A DNA stretch of 64,000 nucleotides from Candidatus Norongarragalinales archaeon. GTDB lineage: Archaea > Micrarchaeota > Micrarchaeia > Norongarragalinales > Norongarragalinaceae. The DNA lies in the NCBI GenBank assembly GCA_038884755.1, contig JAWABJ010000001.1:153792-217791 (forward strand). Direction: 5' to 3'. The notes under the pieces were generated by a model, which had not been told where the DNA came from, searched no databases, and saw only the letters and a list, made by a program, of their open reading frames with translations. Below, one piece after another: positions 63,101 to 64,000 of this stretch. Position 1 is the first letter of the stretch, and every line of letters starts with the position of its first letter. The position numbers and the translations under genes are program-made.

Positions 63101-63671
63101 GGATTGCGTGAAGTACTACCAGTGCGATTGGACTAGAGACCAGTACGGCGTTTGGTCTTGCGACGTGAAAGCCGGAAACGCCCGCGACTCGTGCGAGGCC
63201 GTGGGAGGCTGGAGCTGCAACGCCGCCTCTGCCTGCGTGCCTTCGACCGCTGACAAGCGCGGGGCGGGAACGTGCCCGTACGGGACAGTGTGCTGCCAGC
63301 CGCTCAAATCCCTGCCTTCAGGCGAAACCTGCTACTCCATAAGCCCGTCGCTTTGCTTGCAGTACCGCTCTTGCGAACTGATAGACGCGTCTTTCTACGG
63401 CAAAGCATGCGTGCCCAAAACCGCACCGAAAGGCTCTTTGTTCCTACCCGCAAGCAAAAGCTGCTCTTCCATAAGTGAAACCGATTGCCTGAAGTACGTG
63501 GAATGCACTTTGCAGTACAAGTTCGGCACATCCATTTGCGTGACTAAAACTGGCTACTGGAAACTGCCTGCTGGAAAAACCTGCAGCAGCATAAGCAATT
63601 CGGAGTGCAATTACTACAGCAAGTGCAAGCTTGCAAGCACGGTAGGCGGGACTTTCTGCCAGGAAAAGTGA
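60120..63671 (+). CDS. Very large secreted protein with C-terminal tandem Cys-rich repeats
   Basis: Signal peptide; beta-rich N-terminal region; repeats like LP-x-GKTCSSIS-x2-C-x2-Y-x2-C...T-Y-G-K-A-C; no C-terminal TM. Confidence 0.82.
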   Translation: MQERAFFALFSIMILSGLVFAASSTPIPEKKLFETNDMLSVQFPQSASYEIKDGNKLYFNEPVKEVYLHYFSGGSETRQTLYKVGRIDVWPKFEMLVFDNTSQSTMVVLKDKRTTVQTAVRFRAVFYETSVSSAAPAQDSPVTTPSAVCPFVYGFKKDGAIAGFRLSDNGTAKDLKTVVFGETDAVDYTLLWPSGESTVKKFNVKRIELLTATQGNAKKEVSDTKTSYSFASPVIILVTPENGKQFVAAVKKMTFSSKSSVEKAFQFGAPDVGNVKTEYTTGALAVQSREKPFSFNLVEDQRVSSFDWDPSSASCYPVFVEGAEKPVWVRDLSWESAPSYAGSRAGNAQGCAAQLGRCITETTANLYKLKFSSETKVTLVSCNVLQDNPVAKAKLGEVEFDLVALFDKKPEFVFDGAKFEFKYSFRQGNAKDFGINNGVWHVVYDPAAFDYYHSLNKNGGVPSAVPRHEDEAYAPQNHYCPSAGVNSYTLMNSGDYLARMWIAGTQGDLVLSESLVRLVHSPSTFGQFLLAHRSSDVVQENFQFRTNYVEARNAPKALLFNNLLYSVFSLSPATSSSAAGFLASVKDAATNNAVLDVVNPGAFGSVGKISLRNVFYTGYKISLKSKDDKFEGVAFTILQPKSAGAPGADCESSFFNPSAQSSKKCFDAAPFCWGYLSGSGTPFGNYRCYPVSAGNGYPAADAYACKGTVYSDLNAQTREHGTVYLKYAEGKGHCSNNQRAEELIKDGSCKKTPLENISYVVTKDGKEMTYKVKVLDCSARYSDANAGGAGGRDRPPAAGTGRASIPALESSGGLSVKTPAQKVKECRSQGAGFDCRNVNACDPASIKRGLCPGGDDNVCCKAKGQDSEKCETLPVSECKKQPSCEVKSSGGVDSCVPKASSSETCETLSPSECRKNSKCVVIPTTTYGNACISKSNAPSCSSIGVSRCSSYEYCEVIDTTYGKACVEKSAATPKPPKTWNLPDGKTCSDILKQQDCVKYYQCDWTRDQYGVWSCDVKAGNARDSCEAVGGWSCNAASACVPSTADKRGAGTCPYGTVCCQPLKSLPSGETCYSISPSLCLQYRSCELIDASFYGKACVPKTAPKGSLFLPASKSCSSISETDCLKYVECTLQYKFGTSICVTKTGYWKLPAGKTCSSISNSECNYYSKCKLASTVGGTFCQEK

Positions 63672-63677
63672 GTTGCA

Positions 63678-64000
63678 ATGGGCAGCACCCGCTTGTTTCT
63701 GTTGGTTTTACTTTTTTCCGCGGTCCTCTTCGCAGGCTGCGTTTCCAGCCAAAACCCAGCGGAAAGACAGGTCCAGAGTTCGGAAAACGCGCTGGAACTA
63801 GAGCGTTTTGTTGAAACGCAGGAAGAGCTGGACGCCTTCGACCAGGAATCTTTCTCCGAGTCCGAGAAAAAAATCTTGGAGGCAAACCAAGCGTACTTGG
63901 ATTTCATTGGCGAGGCTGGAAAACTCAACAACCTCGCGTTCGACTGCGCAAATTTCGAGCTCTACCAGAAAAACCTCGACACCCTCCAGAACGCGATTGA
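63678..64000 (+). CDS. Predicted lipoprotein (runs off the window end)
   Basis: MGSTRLFLLVLLFSAVLFAGC lipobox-like signal; frame open to the end of the window. Confidence 0.7.
   Translation, partial: MGSTRLFLLVLLFSAVLFAGCVSSQNPAERQVQSSENALELERFVETQEELDAFDQESFSESEKKILEANQAYLDFIGEAGKLNNLAFDCANFELYQKNLDTLQNAI

Overview
Archaeal genomic DNA, most consistent with a DPANN lineage, probably Micrarchaeota-like (inferred from compact informational genes, many non-canonical tRNA introns and Cys-rich surface proteins). Core content: PDH E1-alpha and lipA; the RNA polymerase operon (rpo5, split rpo2, a single fused rpo1); the DUF106-cmk-L14e-cbf5-S13-S4-S11-rpo3-L18e-L13-S9-rpo10 cluster interrupted by surface-protein and glycosyltransferase genes; PolB, PolD (DP1/DP2), fibrillarin/Nop5, GlyRS, pyk, tdh/kbl and pyrB. 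Seven tRNA genes were read by eye; four are interrupted, each with an intron at T-loop position 59/60 in a bulge-helix-bulge context, and two of these also have an anticodon-loop intron. Two box C/D sRNAs are visible. Main finding: a family of short (~30-60 nt) A/T-rich palindromic elements (T-rich arm, tiny loop, A-rich arm, then a second A-rich tract). About ten copies were found, all inside or abutting non-coding RNA genes: as tRNA intron bodies, in the D'/C' loop of a C/D sRNA, and flush against tRNA or sRNA ends. A second, unrelated hairpin is likewise shared between a tRNA intron and an sRNA 3' flank. This looks like a small ncRNA-targeting mobile or intron-seeding element system. Also notable: a candidate new 'LPETD' C-terminal sorting signal, and a split, reordered GT-C glycosyltransferase. 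All calls are by eye; no database searches were run.
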